A stretch of 61,596 nucleotides of DNA, the filler included, from an uncultured bacterium (GTDB lineage: Bacteria; Latescibacterota; UBA2968), in NCBI GenBank assembly GCA_964471275.1. It is 3 parts of 3 records of this genome, joined end to end, with 100 filler letters (N's around TTAATTAATTAA, not from the genome) between each part and the next. Parts side by side here need not be neighbours in the genome. Positions count along the whole stretch, not along the records: positions 1 to 20,664 come from CAYYGZ010000061.1; 2 more parts are not named here. One strand, 5' to 3'. The stretch's first letter is position 1. Every line of letters begins with the position of its first letter. Made by a program: the position numbers and the translations under genes. The notes beneath the pieces are model-generated. The model ran no database searches and had not been told where the DNA came from. It worked only from the letters and a program-made list of their open reading frames with translations. Shown one piece after another: positions 8,064 to 18,580 of this stretch.

Positions 8064-10337
8064 CTAGAAAATCTGACGTTCATCCCAGACTAGTGCCTTC
8101 CGGGTGGCGTCGTAGTTGGGTCTGGCAGAAAGGCAACTCGTGCGAAAGGCGTCCAGATCAGCTACTTCGGTTGTGTCTGCGCAACGACAGATCCACGCTA
8201 CGTTTCGGGATCGAGCAACCAGATCACGGTTGATAAGGATATCACTGAGAAGTTTCGTCGGTTCACTGCACCAGAGTCCGACAAACCCATTTCCGAGACG
8301 TCCCAGATACCAGCCCCCATCCTCTACGACCATTTCATCGAAAGTATCGGCCGGCCAATGTGCGTGAGTGAAGGAGACGGGGTGCTGTAACGGTATGTCG
8401 TAGGCCACAAAGACGGTAGAATCCAGTTGCGTGACGGCAGGACGTATCCCGTTGCCATACCAGTAGCCCGGACGACCGATACCGCTGTCAGAGACCGTTC
8501 CCGGATGATTCACGAACACGTGACAGTCCTTCGAGAGCGATGCGTGCCAGAGCAATTCCTGATACCCCCGCGTACCCGCAACCATCGGAGACTCTTCGTC
8601 GACCTGGACACTCGACATCGCATAGTGTGAGGACTTGTGCAACTGGATACACTGGTTCGCCTGATGGTAGGTTCGCTTGATCTGTCGGTTGATCAGGGCG
8701 GTCAGGTCAGTCGGTGGTGAGTAGGTTCGGGATGTTGCCATAAAGGACGACCAGGGGTCGATCGCTTCGACGACGGGTTCACCCAGCACGAATGACAGGA
8801 GGCCCTGCGAGGCGGACGTGTGCGGATGCAGGACGGAACGATAAACCCGTCCCTGGGGTCCACTCGTCACCCCGTCAAAGGTGTGTTCGGACAGCTGGCG
8901 AAGTAGTCGGTCGAGGAGGGTTGAGGCACTCGTGCGGACCCCCCCGTCATCGGAAAGGTCGGCGAGGTTCAGGAGGGCAGCGGCAGTGATGGGTGAGTAA
9001 CTCGCACTCAGATACTCGGTGAATCCCTGGGCGTGTTTTTCGTCCAGCCATTCCTGGCAACGCTTCCGTCCCAGATCCCGCTGCTCTGTTCCCTTGCGTC
9101 CGGATGCGCTGAACGTCTCCTCAGGGAAGAGCGCGCCCGCAAGATACTGGCAGCTGTGAAACAGGATCGTGTGATTCTCGCTCCCGAAGGCCATGGCATC
9201 GTTGCCTTCCTCATCTTTCCAGAAGCGGAACCCAAGCGCCGTCATACGAATCATATTCCGCTGTTCCGGATGGCCCCACTCGAGGGCGTGCAGGCGAAGC
9301 AATGCGGCCAATCGAAAATCAGCACAGTCAAGACGTTCCGAAACGTGCTCAAGCCCATCCCGGAGTGCTGCTTCATCGGCCTCCTTCTCCTCGCGCCCCA
9401 GGGCAGATCTCGCAAGGATGCCGAACAGCGACTGAGTGGGCTCGCCGGCAGGTGTCGTGGCAATCTGCTCGAGGTATCCGGTTCGGAAATTCTCGAGGCT
9501 CTCACCGGGAAATGACATCGGGAGATTTGCAGGGATCTCGAAGGAGCGACCGAGGCGCTGGCCCTCGACACGCGCTTCTACGCGGCAGGCGAAGACATCC
9601 TCTTCGTGCCAGGAGACCTGCTTCTCCCCCGCCAACCACGAACGCTGCTGGCTTTGAGTCGGTCGATCGAGTGTGACTTCGACGGGACAGGGCTGCGGAG
9701 TCAATCCGACGACGGTCGATGTTGTTGCCGACAGACCGTCAAGCCATCTGCTGGCCTTGACCAGCGAGGCGGTGGCTGCCGAATTACCCGGGATGGCGAC
9801 CTTTAGCCCGGCGGCAAAGTCCAGCAGCTGCAAGGCGAACAAGAAAGGTGTGTCACGGACCGCGAGTTCCTGCAACTGAATCATCAGCCGATTTTGCCCG
9901 GATTTCAAGGCCAGGACAACAGTCGGCGCTGAGGAAACTTTCTTCCTGCCGGTCCGCGAATAGCGTGTTCGGTGTTCGCTGTCCTGCCAGAGGTCGATCG
10001 TATTGGCTGTCCACAGTCGAGCCGGTACTTCCTGGGATTTGTTGGAGACGAGGAGCGTCGATGCGTAGAGCGAGAGTTTGCCGAGACGGTGGTGGAACGA
10101 TCCCTGATCCAGGTACGTGTTCCGGCCCGGATGGTGGAATCGCCAGGTCTTGCCCTCAGGAGCGGGCCCACCCAGGCTGGCCATCGCAGGCGGCGCAGAA
10201 GGCACATCAGACAGGATGTCCGATCGCAACGTCTCTTCGTTTTCCTCAGAACCGGTGTAAGGGGAGAGGTAGGGACCTGTGTGAACCCAGTGTCGAACAT
10301 ATCCCTCGTCATCCGGTTGGAAGGCATCGGTCAGCAT
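8064..10337 (-). CDS. Uncharacterised 757-aa protein, possibly heparinase II/III- or lyase-like alpha/alpha fold
   Basis: Long clean ORF with SENH, EYLSASY and GYWYGNG segments and no signal peptide. The fold is inferred. Confidence 0.6.
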   Translation of the reverse strand: MLTDAFQPDDEGYVRHWVHTGPYLSPYTGSEENEETLRSDILSDVPSAPPAMASLGGPAPEGKTWRFHHPGRNTYLDQGSFHHRLGKLSLYASTLLVSNKSQEVPARLWTANTIDLWQDSEHRTRYSRTGRKKVSSAPTVVLALKSGQNRLMIQLQELAVRDTPFLFALQLLDFAAGLKVAIPGNSAATASLVKASRWLDGLSATTSTVVGLTPQPCPVEVTLDRPTQSQQRSWLAGEKQVSWHEEDVFACRVEARVEGQRLGRSFEIPANLPMSFPGESLENFRTGYLEQIATTPAGEPTQSLFGILARSALGREEKEADEAALRDGLEHVSERLDCADFRLAALLRLHALEWGHPEQRNMIRMTALGFRFWKDEEGNDAMAFGSENHTILFHSCQYLAGALFPEETFSASGRKGTEQRDLGRKRCQEWLDEKHAQGFTEYLSASYSPITAAALLNLADLSDDGGVRTSASTLLDRLLRQLSEHTFDGVTSGPQGRVYRSVLHPHTSASQGLLSFVLGEPVVEAIDPWSSFMATSRTYSPPTDLTALINRQIKRTYHQANQCIQLHKSSHYAMSSVQVDEESPMVAGTRGYQELLWHASLSKDCHVFVNHPGTVSDSGIGRPGYWYGNGIRPAVTQLDSTVFVAYDIPLQHPVSFTHAHWPADTFDEMVVEDGGWYLGRLGNGFVGLWCSEPTKLLSDILINRDLVARSRNVAWICRCADTTEVADLDAFRTSCLSARPNYDATRKALVWDERQIF

Positions 10338-10472
10338 TTCTGTTTCTCAATCGATTTTCGGGCAGCGGCCCGGGAGATCAGTGACAATTGACAGGTGGCA
10401 GACGGTGATCTCTATTTGTCACGGTGTAGGGTTTCGGTCAACCCCAAAGTAGGTTGAGCGTGGAAACCAAGA

Positions 10473-11738
10473 CTATCCGTCAGGTTCGGTCGGATCCAAT
10501 TGCTCGCGGGTTCGTCTGAACTCGTGAAGGACCAGGGTTGTGAGCGTGCACAGGATCGCGCACGCGAACGTATGCGAACCCAGTGCGAAGGGCGCACCGA
10601 AATTCTCGGCGAGGGCTCCGATCTGAAGACGGCCGGGAGGGCCGGCGCCTATCCCGAGTACGATGCTGCCCATCGCCCGGCTCCGCATCTCGTCGCTCGC
10701 GTTGGTGAGGACGATCGCACTTTGCATGACGCCGAACGCAGCCTGCCCGACACCTGCGCATACCAACAAGATCATGGAGAGCCAGAAGACGGTGGAATGA
10801 GAGAACGCGAAGAGAGCAGAGGACTGGACCGTGGCCCCGACTCCGAAGATCAGACCATTTGTCACCTTACCGCGAAGCGCATTGATCAGGAGCATTCCGA
10901 CCATAGCGCCAATACCATTTCCCATTCCGAGGTAGCCCAGGCCTACGGGGCCCTGCCCGAGGATGTCACGTGCAAAGACGGGCAGTACCGTCATGTATGA
11001 GAACGTGAGGTAATTCATGAAGATCGTGATCAGGAAGCTCCCAAAGATCGGCTGGCTGTGACGCACGTAGCGAAGGCCCTCCGCTATAGCCTTGAACGGA
11101 TTGCCCTGCGTCGCCGGGGCCTTGAGTGGAAGCTTCGATAGCCGTGTCAACACGATGAGAGCGACGCCCGATAGCATTGCGAGGACCACGTAGGTCCCAG
11201 CAGGACCCAGGTCGTGGACGAGACGACCGCCCAGGAACGGGCCAGCGATGCGGGATATGATCGATGTGAAACTCTCAAGAAGCATGGCGTCGACGGTTTG
11301 CGCCTTACCCACGAGATCCGGGAGATACGAGCGTCTGGCAGGCCAATCGAACGACCAGGCCGTGCCCATTAGGAAGGCGGCCAGGCAGAGATGCCAGAAT
11401 GCCAGCTGGTCCGACCAGAGGAGGTAAGCGATGGCGGCCGAGGTCGAGAAGTTGATGGACTGACTGATCAGCATGATGCGGCGGCGGCCGAGCCGATCGA
11501 TCACGGGACCACTGAAGAAGCCACAGATCAGCAGAGGGATCGATCGGTAGAAGCTGACGAGGGCAACCTGGAACGGTGAGTCGGTCAGATCGAGGACGAG
11601 CCACCCGACAAGGATCATCTCCATCCACATAGCCTGCCACCACAGCGTATTGCTGAGCAGGAGTCTCCGGTAATCGGGTATGCCGAGGGGCCGTGCCGTG
11701 CTAGACAACCGGCCAAAGAAGGTCGAGTCAGCCCTCAC
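10473..11738 (-). CDS. MFS transporter
   Basis: About 12 hydrophobic segments and MFS motif A (GPVIDRLGRRR). The GTG at 11738 avoids overlap with oxyR. Confidence 0.9.
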   Translation of the reverse strand: MRADSTFFGRLSSTARPLGIPDYRRLLLSNTLWWQAMWMEMILVGWLVLDLTDSPFQVALVSFYRSIPLLICGFFSGPVIDRLGRRRIMLISQSINFSTSAAIAYLLWSDQLAFWHLCLAAFLMGTAWSFDWPARRSYLPDLVGKAQTVDAMLLESFTSIISRIAGPFLGGRLVHDLGPAGTYVVLAMLSGVALIVLTRLSKLPLKAPATQGNPFKAIAEGLRYVRHSQPIFGSFLITIFMNYLTFSYMTVLPVFARDILGQGPVGLGYLGMGNGIGAMVGMLLINALRGKVTNGLIFGVGATVQSSALFAFSHSTVFWLSMILLVCAGVGQAAFGVMQSAIVLTNASDEMRSRAMGSIVLGIGAGPPGRLQIGALAENFGAPFALGSHTFACAILCTLTTLVLHEFRRTREQLDPTEPDG

Positions 11739-11808
11739 GGGTTGGACCCAATTGCAGGATGGTGATTGCTCAACAGCAGGAAGGTCTGCGGGAGGCTGGA
11801 TTGCTGGA

Positions 11809-12789
11809 TCAGGATTTGGGCGCTCCGGGTGGTTGGATGCCGATGATCTTCTGCTTTCCTGTGGTCTGTATGGAGGCTGGCAGGCAGGCGGCGATTGTGG
11901 TCGCCAGCGCATCGATGATCCCGCGTTTCAGGAACGCTCTGTTGTAGACAATGCTGATTTCGCGACCGGGCTGTGCTCCCCTGAACCTTCTGAGCGACGC
12001 GTCCTGTGTTTTCACGTCCATAAACTCAGCCGCCAGCTGTGGCACCAGCGTGTATCCCGACCCCTGTTCCACCATTCGGATGAGCGTCTCAAGGCTCCCG
12101 GCTTCGAACCGGACGCTTCGCTTGTGGTCGTTGGTCGCCAGTTCACACAAATGGAGTGTCTGGTTACGCAGGCAGTGTCCCTCGGTGAGCAGCCAGATGT
12201 CGTCGAGTGAGAGGTCGCTTTCGTTCACTGTCTTCCTTTTTAGAACGGCGTGCCCTGGCGATGCGAACACGTAGAACGGTTCGAAGAACAGGGGCTGCTC
12301 GATCAGTCCCTGGTTCTGAGTCGGGGTCGCCAGCAGGCCGGCGTCGATGTGGCCCTCTCCGATCCGGTGGATCACCTCGTGGGTCTGCATCTCTTCAATG
12401 AAAAGGGTTACAGCCGGATAGGTCTCCGAAAAGGAGTCGAGAAATCGGGGGAGAAGGTAGGGCGAGAGTGTCGGGATGATTCCCAGATGAAAGTCTCCGC
12501 GAATTTCTCCCCGCGCGCTGTGGATGATGTCTTCAATACGTGAGACTTCCTGGAGGACCAGGACGGCCTGGTGGATGATACCTTTTCCGATTTCGGTCGG
12601 CTCAACGGGTTTGCGTGAGCGATCGAAGAGGATGACGTCCAGTGTTTCCTCGAGCTTCTTGACCTGCATACTGAGAGTTGGCTGAGTGACAGCACAGGCC
12701 TCCGCAGCCTTGCCGAAGTGGCGATGTCGAGCGACGGCGGTCGCATACGTCAACTGAGTGATGGTGACGGCAGAGAGGTCGAGTGACAT
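11809..12789 (-). CDS. oxyR: Hydrogen peroxide-sensing LysR regulator OxyR
   Basis: LysR HTH (HFGKAAEACAVTQPTLSMQVKKLE) and LLTEGHCLRNQTLHLC, which has both redox cysteines at C-X8-C spacing. Confidence 0.9.
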   Translation of the reverse strand: MSLDLSAVTITQLTYATAVARHRHFGKAAEACAVTQPTLSMQVKKLEETLDVILFDRSRKPVEPTEIGKGIIHQAVLVLQEVSRIEDIIHSARGEIRGDFHLGIIPTLSPYLLPRFLDSFSETYPAVTLFIEEMQTHEVIHRIGEGHIDAGLLATPTQNQGLIEQPLFFEPFYVFASPGHAVLKRKTVNESDLSLDDIWLLTEGHCLRNQTLHLCELATNDHKRSVRFEAGSLETLIRMVEQGSGYTLVPQLAAEFMDVKTQDASLRRFRGAQPGREISIVYNRAFLKRGIIDALATTIAACLPASIQTTGKQKIIGIQPPGAPKS

Positions 12790-12867
12790 AGGTATACGCA
12801 GATGTTCGGATGGGAAAATGTGAGGGTCTGATCGCCGCCCCGGCAAGACGGTGCCCCGAACCTAGTG

Positions 12868-12903
12868 ATTGTAATTGTCGATGAATGTTTTGAGGCAATC
12901 GAT
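12868..12903. promoter_or_regulatory. Possible OxyR/LysR binding site upstream of oxyR
   Basis: ATTG-N7-CGAT-N6-TTTG-N7-CGAT contains two T-N11-A boxes and resembles the ATAG-N7-CTAT repeats bound by OxyR. Confidence 0.4.
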
Positions 12904-13399
12904 TGGGTTTATGGAAGGTAGGTGGGCAGGTTTGGGGTGTCAACGTTGTAATTCGGTGTGGTGGCCACAGATTCGAACTCGGAGCGTCCGTCAGCAGAGG
13001 CCGTCTCGGCGGAACATCCGACCAACGCATCCACATCTATTCTGGCGTGTGTGATAGCTGGACGCTTACCGGCGCTGGATCCATATGCGCCTGGAGCATT
13101 CAGCTCATACGAGGCGTTGTCCACCGTGGGGCGGCGGAACGATGTGTCCGATGCCGTGGAGAGGATCGAGTGACTGTCATCTCGTGCGATCAGGCTGTCA
13201 CTCGCACAAGATGACAGACGTCCTCGAAGCGGGTCTGTCTGAGTGCACCCGTTTGCACACAGACCAGAGCGTGTGGCGTGAGACGCATAAGCCGTGGCTG
13301 CCCAAACCGGGGCTAGAAGACCTTCAGGCTCTTATACCAGGTCGCGTAATCTTCTGAATAGATCGCATCGTCCAGGTCCGATGTCGTCAGCATTAGCAA

Positions 13400-13678
13400 T
13401 TAGCTGCCCTTTGGTCCAACTTCGAGCCCGGCGTAGGCAACCTTGCCGTCGTGAGATACCTTGTATGCACGATACCATTTCCATCCGTTGTCATTCTCTT
13501 CGTCTTCATCCTTCAAGGTCCAGTGATCTTCTTCGATCTCGGTGACCTTCACACCGAACTTCTCGATTTTCGCCACGGTGGCCTTTTCTTTCTTGCCGGT
13601 CGCGTAGAGTTTGACGCCCTGGTAGGACCCCTCGATGCCCGCCTTTCCGCCTTCCCATTCCTTTTCCACATACTTCAT
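13400..13678 (-). CDS. Small charged hypothetical protein, possibly 5'-truncated
   Basis: 92-aa Lys/Glu-rich ORF with protein-like composition. Its 5' end abuts a transposase fragment. Confidence 0.55.
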   Translation of the reverse strand: MKYVEKEWEGGKAGIEGSYQGVKLYATGKKEKATVAKIEKFGVKVTEIEEDHWTLKDEDEENDNGWKWYRAYKVSHDGKVAYAGLEVGPKGS

Positions 13679-13694
13679 TTTCGTTGGTGAGAGC

Positions 13695-14150
13695 ATCCCG
13701 CCACGTGAACCATGGCGAAGCGGCATTGTAGAAGGCTTCAACGATCACTACCGGAAGAAATTCCTGGCACGAAATGTGATTCAGCCAGACGAGGCAGTTC
13801 TGCGCGATCAATCGCATCGATTCGAGGCGAAGAACAACAGCAGATGGCGGTATGGCACGATCAACGGGCTCATGCCTCTGAAGGCCCTCGCGTCCTCAAA
13901 CAGAGAGCTCAGATTCCCTCGTGACCGGAAACCATCCCGTCACCCAATTCCCGAACCAGAACAGGGCAAATACCACTTCGTTCGGTTCGTCAAAAGTGAC
14001 GGAGTGCTCACGATCTTTAAAGAACACTTCAATGTCCCTCCCGAAGCCATCTACGAATACGTTATGGCTACGGTCGATAACCAGAAGCAGACAATGATCT
14101 TGACGCTTGACGGGAACCAAATAGACGAATGGGACTACCACACACGGTAA
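13695..14150 (+). mobile_element. C-terminal fragment of a DDE (integrase-core, IS481-like) transposase
   Basis: IPPREPWRSGIVEGFND resembles the P..P..NG.VE.FN catalytic-Glu motif. The N-terminal HTH and both Asp residues are missing. Confidence 0.7.
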
Positions 14151-14526
14151 CGAGAATCCACGATGTTGTGGCACTGATCAAGTAGCATCTAAGTCCTAGA
14201 AATTTAAGGTGTTGTTGTACCGTTCGGGCGTGGACCGTTGTGGGAGACATCTGTGATGACACGATACAGGAAGTCCACTTTTGCTCTGTCGGCTTTCGGA
14301 TCGATTCGTGATTGGTGCGCCGAGAGATACTCGTGTCGCGCACTGTTCACGGATTGCGGGGCTAATCGATTATCGGGGATCGAGGACGTCAGAATGTCTC
14401 GCCGGGTGCGACGCAATCAGATCTTGGGTTAGGGCTCGGTGACCAGGAGTCTGTAGAGCGGGAGGGCTTCCGGGGCAACAGGGCATAGCGGAGTCGAGCG
14501 GACGTTCGGTGCAGGCGTTGGACAGT

Positions 14527-15855
14527 TCAACCCACAGTTTCAGGGGGCTCGTTCGGGGACCTGCCGTCGACGTTGTTTACCTGCGAACCGTGGGGTGCCT
14601 GGACGTGATCTGAATGGCACAGGGGATCGTCTGTTTCGATCATCCAGAGGTCGAGCCGTGACCGGAGGTCCTGCAGGATTTGAGCGGATCCGGTGTCCTT
14701 CGCCATGTTGTGTGCCTCGTTCGGATCGAAAACCAGGTCAAAGAGCATCTCCTGGTCGCGCGGGTACTTCTCCCAGCCGTGATCGAGGATATAGGCTTTT
14801 GAGGGCGTGTCATCGGTGTTAGGCAGCACGTGCTTTTCTCGGCCATCGAATCGACGGATGTATTTGAATCGCTCTGTCCGAACCGATCTCATTGGTTCGT
14901 ATGCCGCGTGGTAGTTGACCTCACAGAACACCTCTTCGTGGATGCCCGTGACATCGGTAAGCAAGGGTTTCAAGGACTTGCCTTGCACAAAGGCGGGACA
15001 GTCAATCCCTGCGATGTCGTAGGCTGTTGGGACGAGATCGATCAGGCTTACGAGACTGTCGACCACACGCCCCCCTGCGAAGCCGCCAGGCCCCCTGGCA
15101 ATCAGGTAGACTCGTGAGCCGTGGTCCGTCAGGTTGCACATGTTTCTCGGGAACTGCAGCCCGTGGTCCGCGAAACAGAATACGAGGGTGTTGTCAGCCA
15201 ATCCGTTTGCCTCGAGTGTGTCGAGCACTCGGCCGAACTTGCCATCCATAACCCGTGCGGCAGCTTTGAAGTCCGCAGCGTCTGCTCGCGTCTCTGGTGT
15301 ATCCGGAAGAGGGAGTGGGGCAATCGCGTAACGCTCGTCTTCCTCAGGATGGGTGTTGGGTTCTGCCTTTGGGAACGGGCGATGCGTTTCGTTGAGCCCG
15401 ACAGAGAGGAAGAAGGGCCGATCGTGCGGTTCATCGAGGAAGGCAACGGCACCGTCGGCTTCATCCGGCTGACCGTCGGTCTCTGCGTAGTTCGTGTCGT
15501 TTGACGAGAGGATGCGATCATACCCGACAGATGCGAGATCGGGAAATGTGTGCTCCACACCCGATAGTGCTGCGACATAGCCCTGTGACTTGAGAACGGC
15601 CACAATGTGCTGCGAGGGATTCGACATGCTGAACCCGCGATGGGCAAGACCTAGCATCCCGGCTGAATGTGGATACATCCCCGACAGGAAACTGGCACGA
15701 CTCGGTGAGCAGGTTGGGGCGGAAGCGAAGGCCTTGCGGAAGGTAATGCCCTCTTCAGCAAGCTTCTGGAGGTTGGGTGTGGAAACTGCGTGACCGTATG
15801 GCTGAACGAAGGTTCCCGTGTTGTGTGAGTGCAGGAACAGGATATTTGGTCTCAT
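14527..15855 (-). CDS. Sulfatase (N-sulfoglucosamine sulfohydrolase-like)
   Basis: MRPNIL, CSPSRAS motif, HRPF, ADHG, and YEPMRSVRTERFKYIR. Confidence 0.92.
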   Translation of the reverse strand: MRPNILFLHSHNTGTFVQPYGHAVSTPNLQKLAEEGITFRKAFASAPTCSPSRASFLSGMYPHSAGMLGLAHRGFSMSNPSQHIVAVLKSQGYVAALSGVEHTFPDLASVGYDRILSSNDTNYAETDGQPDEADGAVAFLDEPHDRPFFLSVGLNETHRPFPKAEPNTHPEEDERYAIAPLPLPDTPETRADAADFKAAARVMDGKFGRVLDTLEANGLADNTLVFCFADHGLQFPRNMCNLTDHGSRVYLIARGPGGFAGGRVVDSLVSLIDLVPTAYDIAGIDCPAFVQGKSLKPLLTDVTGIHEEVFCEVNYHAAYEPMRSVRTERFKYIRRFDGREKHVLPNTDDTPSKAYILDHGWEKYPRDQEMLFDLVFDPNEAHNMAKDTGSAQILQDLRSRLDLWMIETDDPLCHSDHVQAPHGSQVNNVDGRSPNEPPETVG

Positions 15856-16334
15856 TGATCTCCAACGCTGGTGTTGGGCCTCGCGGACCGTGACACGGCG
15901 TGTTCCATCACGTGATGCGGCCCGTTTGTGCCGGTGATCACGAAACCGAGCCGTTCATACAGTTCGCGCGCGGGGTTGATCTTCAGGACCTGCAGCTTCA
16001 CGGATTGACCGCTTTGGTTGGCCTCCGTGATCACATCCTGAATCAGTCGTGTCCCATACCCCTTGTTCTGGTGGATGGGCAAAATGTAGATTTGTCCTAT
16101 CCACAAACTGCTGCCCTCTGCCCGAAGTCCCAGCAGACCGATGTCCTGTCCTGCGAGATGGACGATCTGAAAACGCTCCGATTCGAAGTCCCTGTCGTGG
16201 AGACGCCGCTGCAGTCCCTCGTCCCATCCCCAGACTTCGTCGGTGTATCCGCCGAATGACTTCTTCTTTATCGCAAAAGCGAGATCCGAATCGGCCGCGG
16301 TCACCTGTCTGAGCTGAGGCGTATGGTCAGGCAT
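15852..16334 (-). CDS. GNAT-family acetyltransferase
   Basis: Motif A (QNKGYGT) and NPARELYERLGF. Confidence 0.9.
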   Translation of the reverse strand: MPDHTPQLRQVTAADSDLAFAIKKKSFGGYTDEVWGWDEGLQRRLHDRDFESERFQIVHLAGQDIGLLGLRAEGSSLWIGQIYILPIHQNKGYGTRLIQDVITEANQSGQSVKLQVLKINPARELYERLGFVITGTNGPHHVMEHAVSRSARPNTSVGDQ

Positions 16335-18015
16335 TGCCGAATTCTGAGTCAGGGGAAAAAGTGAGTGTTATCTCATTCGAGAAGACCACTTTGTAAACCG
16401 CCCGACGTGAGGATGGTGCACTCTTGTTTGCCTCCGCGTAGGGGTTGAAGGGCGCTACATACCAATCAAATTCACCGGTCCTGGGTGAGCGGATCTCCCA
16501 TTCCGGGGTCGAGACTCTTGACACGCCCGCCCGCGCATACGTTTCGTCGGCAAGTTCGATGCGCTGACCGTTCACCTCGACCTCCGATCTCTGCCCAATC
16601 TCCAGGACCAACTGGCACGTGATTTCTGCGTCACTGGGCGACGTGATCGTCAGCAGTGCATCCTCGCCAAGCTCCCATCCGAGGCTGGTCGAGAACGTTT
16701 CGTAGTGTGCTGTTGCGACAAAGTCGTCGGTCAATTCACCTGTCCGAACCGGATAGGCATCGTCGGCGATACGCAGCGTTGACCAATCCGGGTTTTTCTT
16801 GGACTTGGACCCGGACAGGATGGTTCCCGCACGATCGTGTGACAGACAGATCAGCGTCTGTCGGTCCAGTGCGTAATCACTGTCCGGGGATATGACGCGG
16901 TTGAGGGCCCGCAGGCTGGAGACCCCAGCGTGCCAACCGTTCTCGCGGATCACGCCTATAGGCAGGCCGATCCGGAAGCTGCCGGGTCTAGAGGACTCCG
17001 GAGTCGTACCGCTGCCGATCTCAGATTCGCCCAACTCAAAGTGCAGGCGTGCAAGATACTCAAGCCCGCCGCTGGATGACAGATTTGAGTTTGTCTCCGG
17101 GTCCAAGACCTTGCGAAGAAACCCACGGCCTTCCGCTGACAAGGCGTGCAAGGCCAAACCATAGGGACCCACCCCGTGTGGGTTGGCGCGTTCATCCGTG
17201 AATGGCAGGGCACGCAGACGGTTGTCACAGAAGTTTCGAAACAGGGCGCCGCATTTCGAGAAGCGATCCGTATCCGCCTGGCCGCGCCACTTTTCAACGA
17301 TGTATGCGCATCCCGCAGTCAGCGGTGAGTATACCAGGCTCGGTCCTCCTTCACGTTCATCGTTCGTGTGTTCCTCGAAGTAGCTGTCAGGATGGCCGTA
17401 GGCGACGAGTCGGTCGATGAATCCGCCGGCCTTGTCACACAGTTCATCCTCTTCGAAGACGCTGCCCGTTCGCCAGATCCCTTCGGCGGCTATGGCCACG
17501 TGATTTATTCCCGTGTTGAATGCTCTGTTGTCGAGTGCCGGATGCCGCTCAGCGAAGTGGTGGAAGTGGTCCAGCATGTCCCGCGCAGACCTGAGCAGCA
17601 GGGCGCGCCACCGAAGGGCCAGGTCGTCATCGATCTTGGGCAGCAGTGACTCGTATGCGAGGACGAGGTGAAGTTGTGATCTGCGGAGGGAAAGTGTGTA
17701 CCCTTCACGGGACCGCCACTCATCGAGGTAATAGGCGGCGTTGTCGAATACCCGACGCGTGAGCATCTCCGCACGTCGATCTCCCCGAGCTGCCAGGATG
17801 GCCAGGACAGAAACTGCGCACGGCTGGTAATCGAAGTAATTGACTACCATTTCTCCACGTTTCAGGCTGTCCGCGTTCTGCGTGTAAGCCGTTCCGCTCG
17901 GCGCGAAATATGTCTCTGCGTCGGGCAAGATGAGCGTCTCGATCCGAGCCTGCAAATCTTCGACGAACTCCGCGGAAAGACCGGCTTCAAACAGTTTTGC
18001 GTCCTGCTCGGTCAT
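16327..18015 (-). CDS. Uncharacterised 562-aa protein, possibly alpha/alpha-barrel lyase-like
   Basis: Long ORF overlapping both neighbours. The helical N-half has NH and FEEH...GP..Y segments, and the C-half is beta-rich. Confidence 0.6.
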   Translation of the reverse strand: MTEQDAKLFEAGLSAEFVEDLQARIETLILPDAETYFAPSGTAYTQNADSLKRGEMVVNYFDYQPCAVSVLAILAARGDRRAEMLTRRVFDNAAYYLDEWRSREGYTLSLRRSQLHLVLAYESLLPKIDDDLALRWRALLLRSARDMLDHFHHFAERHPALDNRAFNTGINHVAIAAEGIWRTGSVFEEDELCDKAGGFIDRLVAYGHPDSYFEEHTNDEREGGPSLVYSPLTAGCAYIVEKWRGQADTDRFSKCGALFRNFCDNRLRALPFTDERANPHGVGPYGLALHALSAEGRGFLRKVLDPETNSNLSSSGGLEYLARLHFELGESEIGSGTTPESSRPGSFRIGLPIGVIRENGWHAGVSSLRALNRVISPDSDYALDRQTLICLSHDRAGTILSGSKSKKNPDWSTLRIADDAYPVRTGELTDDFVATAHYETFSTSLGWELGEDALLTITSPSDAEITCQLVLEIGQRSEVEVNGQRIELADETYARAGVSRVSTPEWEIRSPRTGEFDWYVAPFNPYAEANKSAPSSRRAVYKVVFSNEITLTFSPDSEFGNA

Positions 18016-18512
18016 TCGTTTGCCATCGCCTCTTGGATCGCGTCGCGTCTTTTCGGATCCCGCAGCTGTAGGAGAATCTCTGCTGAATGCGAGATCTTTA
18101 CTCGCCGGAGAAGACTGGCGGCCAGATTCGGATCCAGGGCCCGGATCAGATCGGCGCCTGCGCGGGCGTCCAAACTCGACAACAGATCGCCAGCTTTGTC
18201 CATCGCTGAATCGTCGGCGCGGCCGTCGGGCCCGGGAACCGCCCCCGACAGGGCGCTGGCCAGCTGTCTGAGCGCTTCGACTGCCCGCTTGGTTCGGTCC
18301 AGTGTGCTCGAGAGTTCCGACGTTTGCTGCTCAAGAATCTGTGCGGCGTCTTTATCACCACGAAGCATTTCCGGCGCAAGTTGCTCACCTGAGAGGGCTC
18401 CCCTGATCTGTTCGACCGATGTTCCTGTCGCGTAGAGGATCGCCCAGCCTACAGCAGCAAATGACAGGGCCATAAGCACGATGATGATCAGTACAACCGC
18501 TATTCGCTTCAC
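18012..18512 (-). CDS. Membrane-anchored coiled-coil protein with MotE/MgtE-N-like helical C-terminus
   Basis: N-terminal TM helix, coiled coil, then LLSSLDARAGADLIRALDPNLAASLLRRV..SAEILLQL repeats. GTG start at 18512. Confidence 0.55.
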   Translation of the reverse strand: MKRIAVVLIIIVLMALSFAAVGWAILYATGTSVEQIRGALSGEQLAPEMLRGDKDAAQILEQQTSELSSTLDRTKRAVEALRQLASALSGAVPGPDGRADDSAMDKAGDLLSSLDARAGADLIRALDPNLAASLLRRVKISHSAEILLQLRDPKRRDAIQEAMANE

Positions 18513-18580
18513 GTTGGCCTCTGGGTTCAAGTTGCGCAACCAACGATAACACGGATCGGATCGATCCCAAAGAGGTTTGG

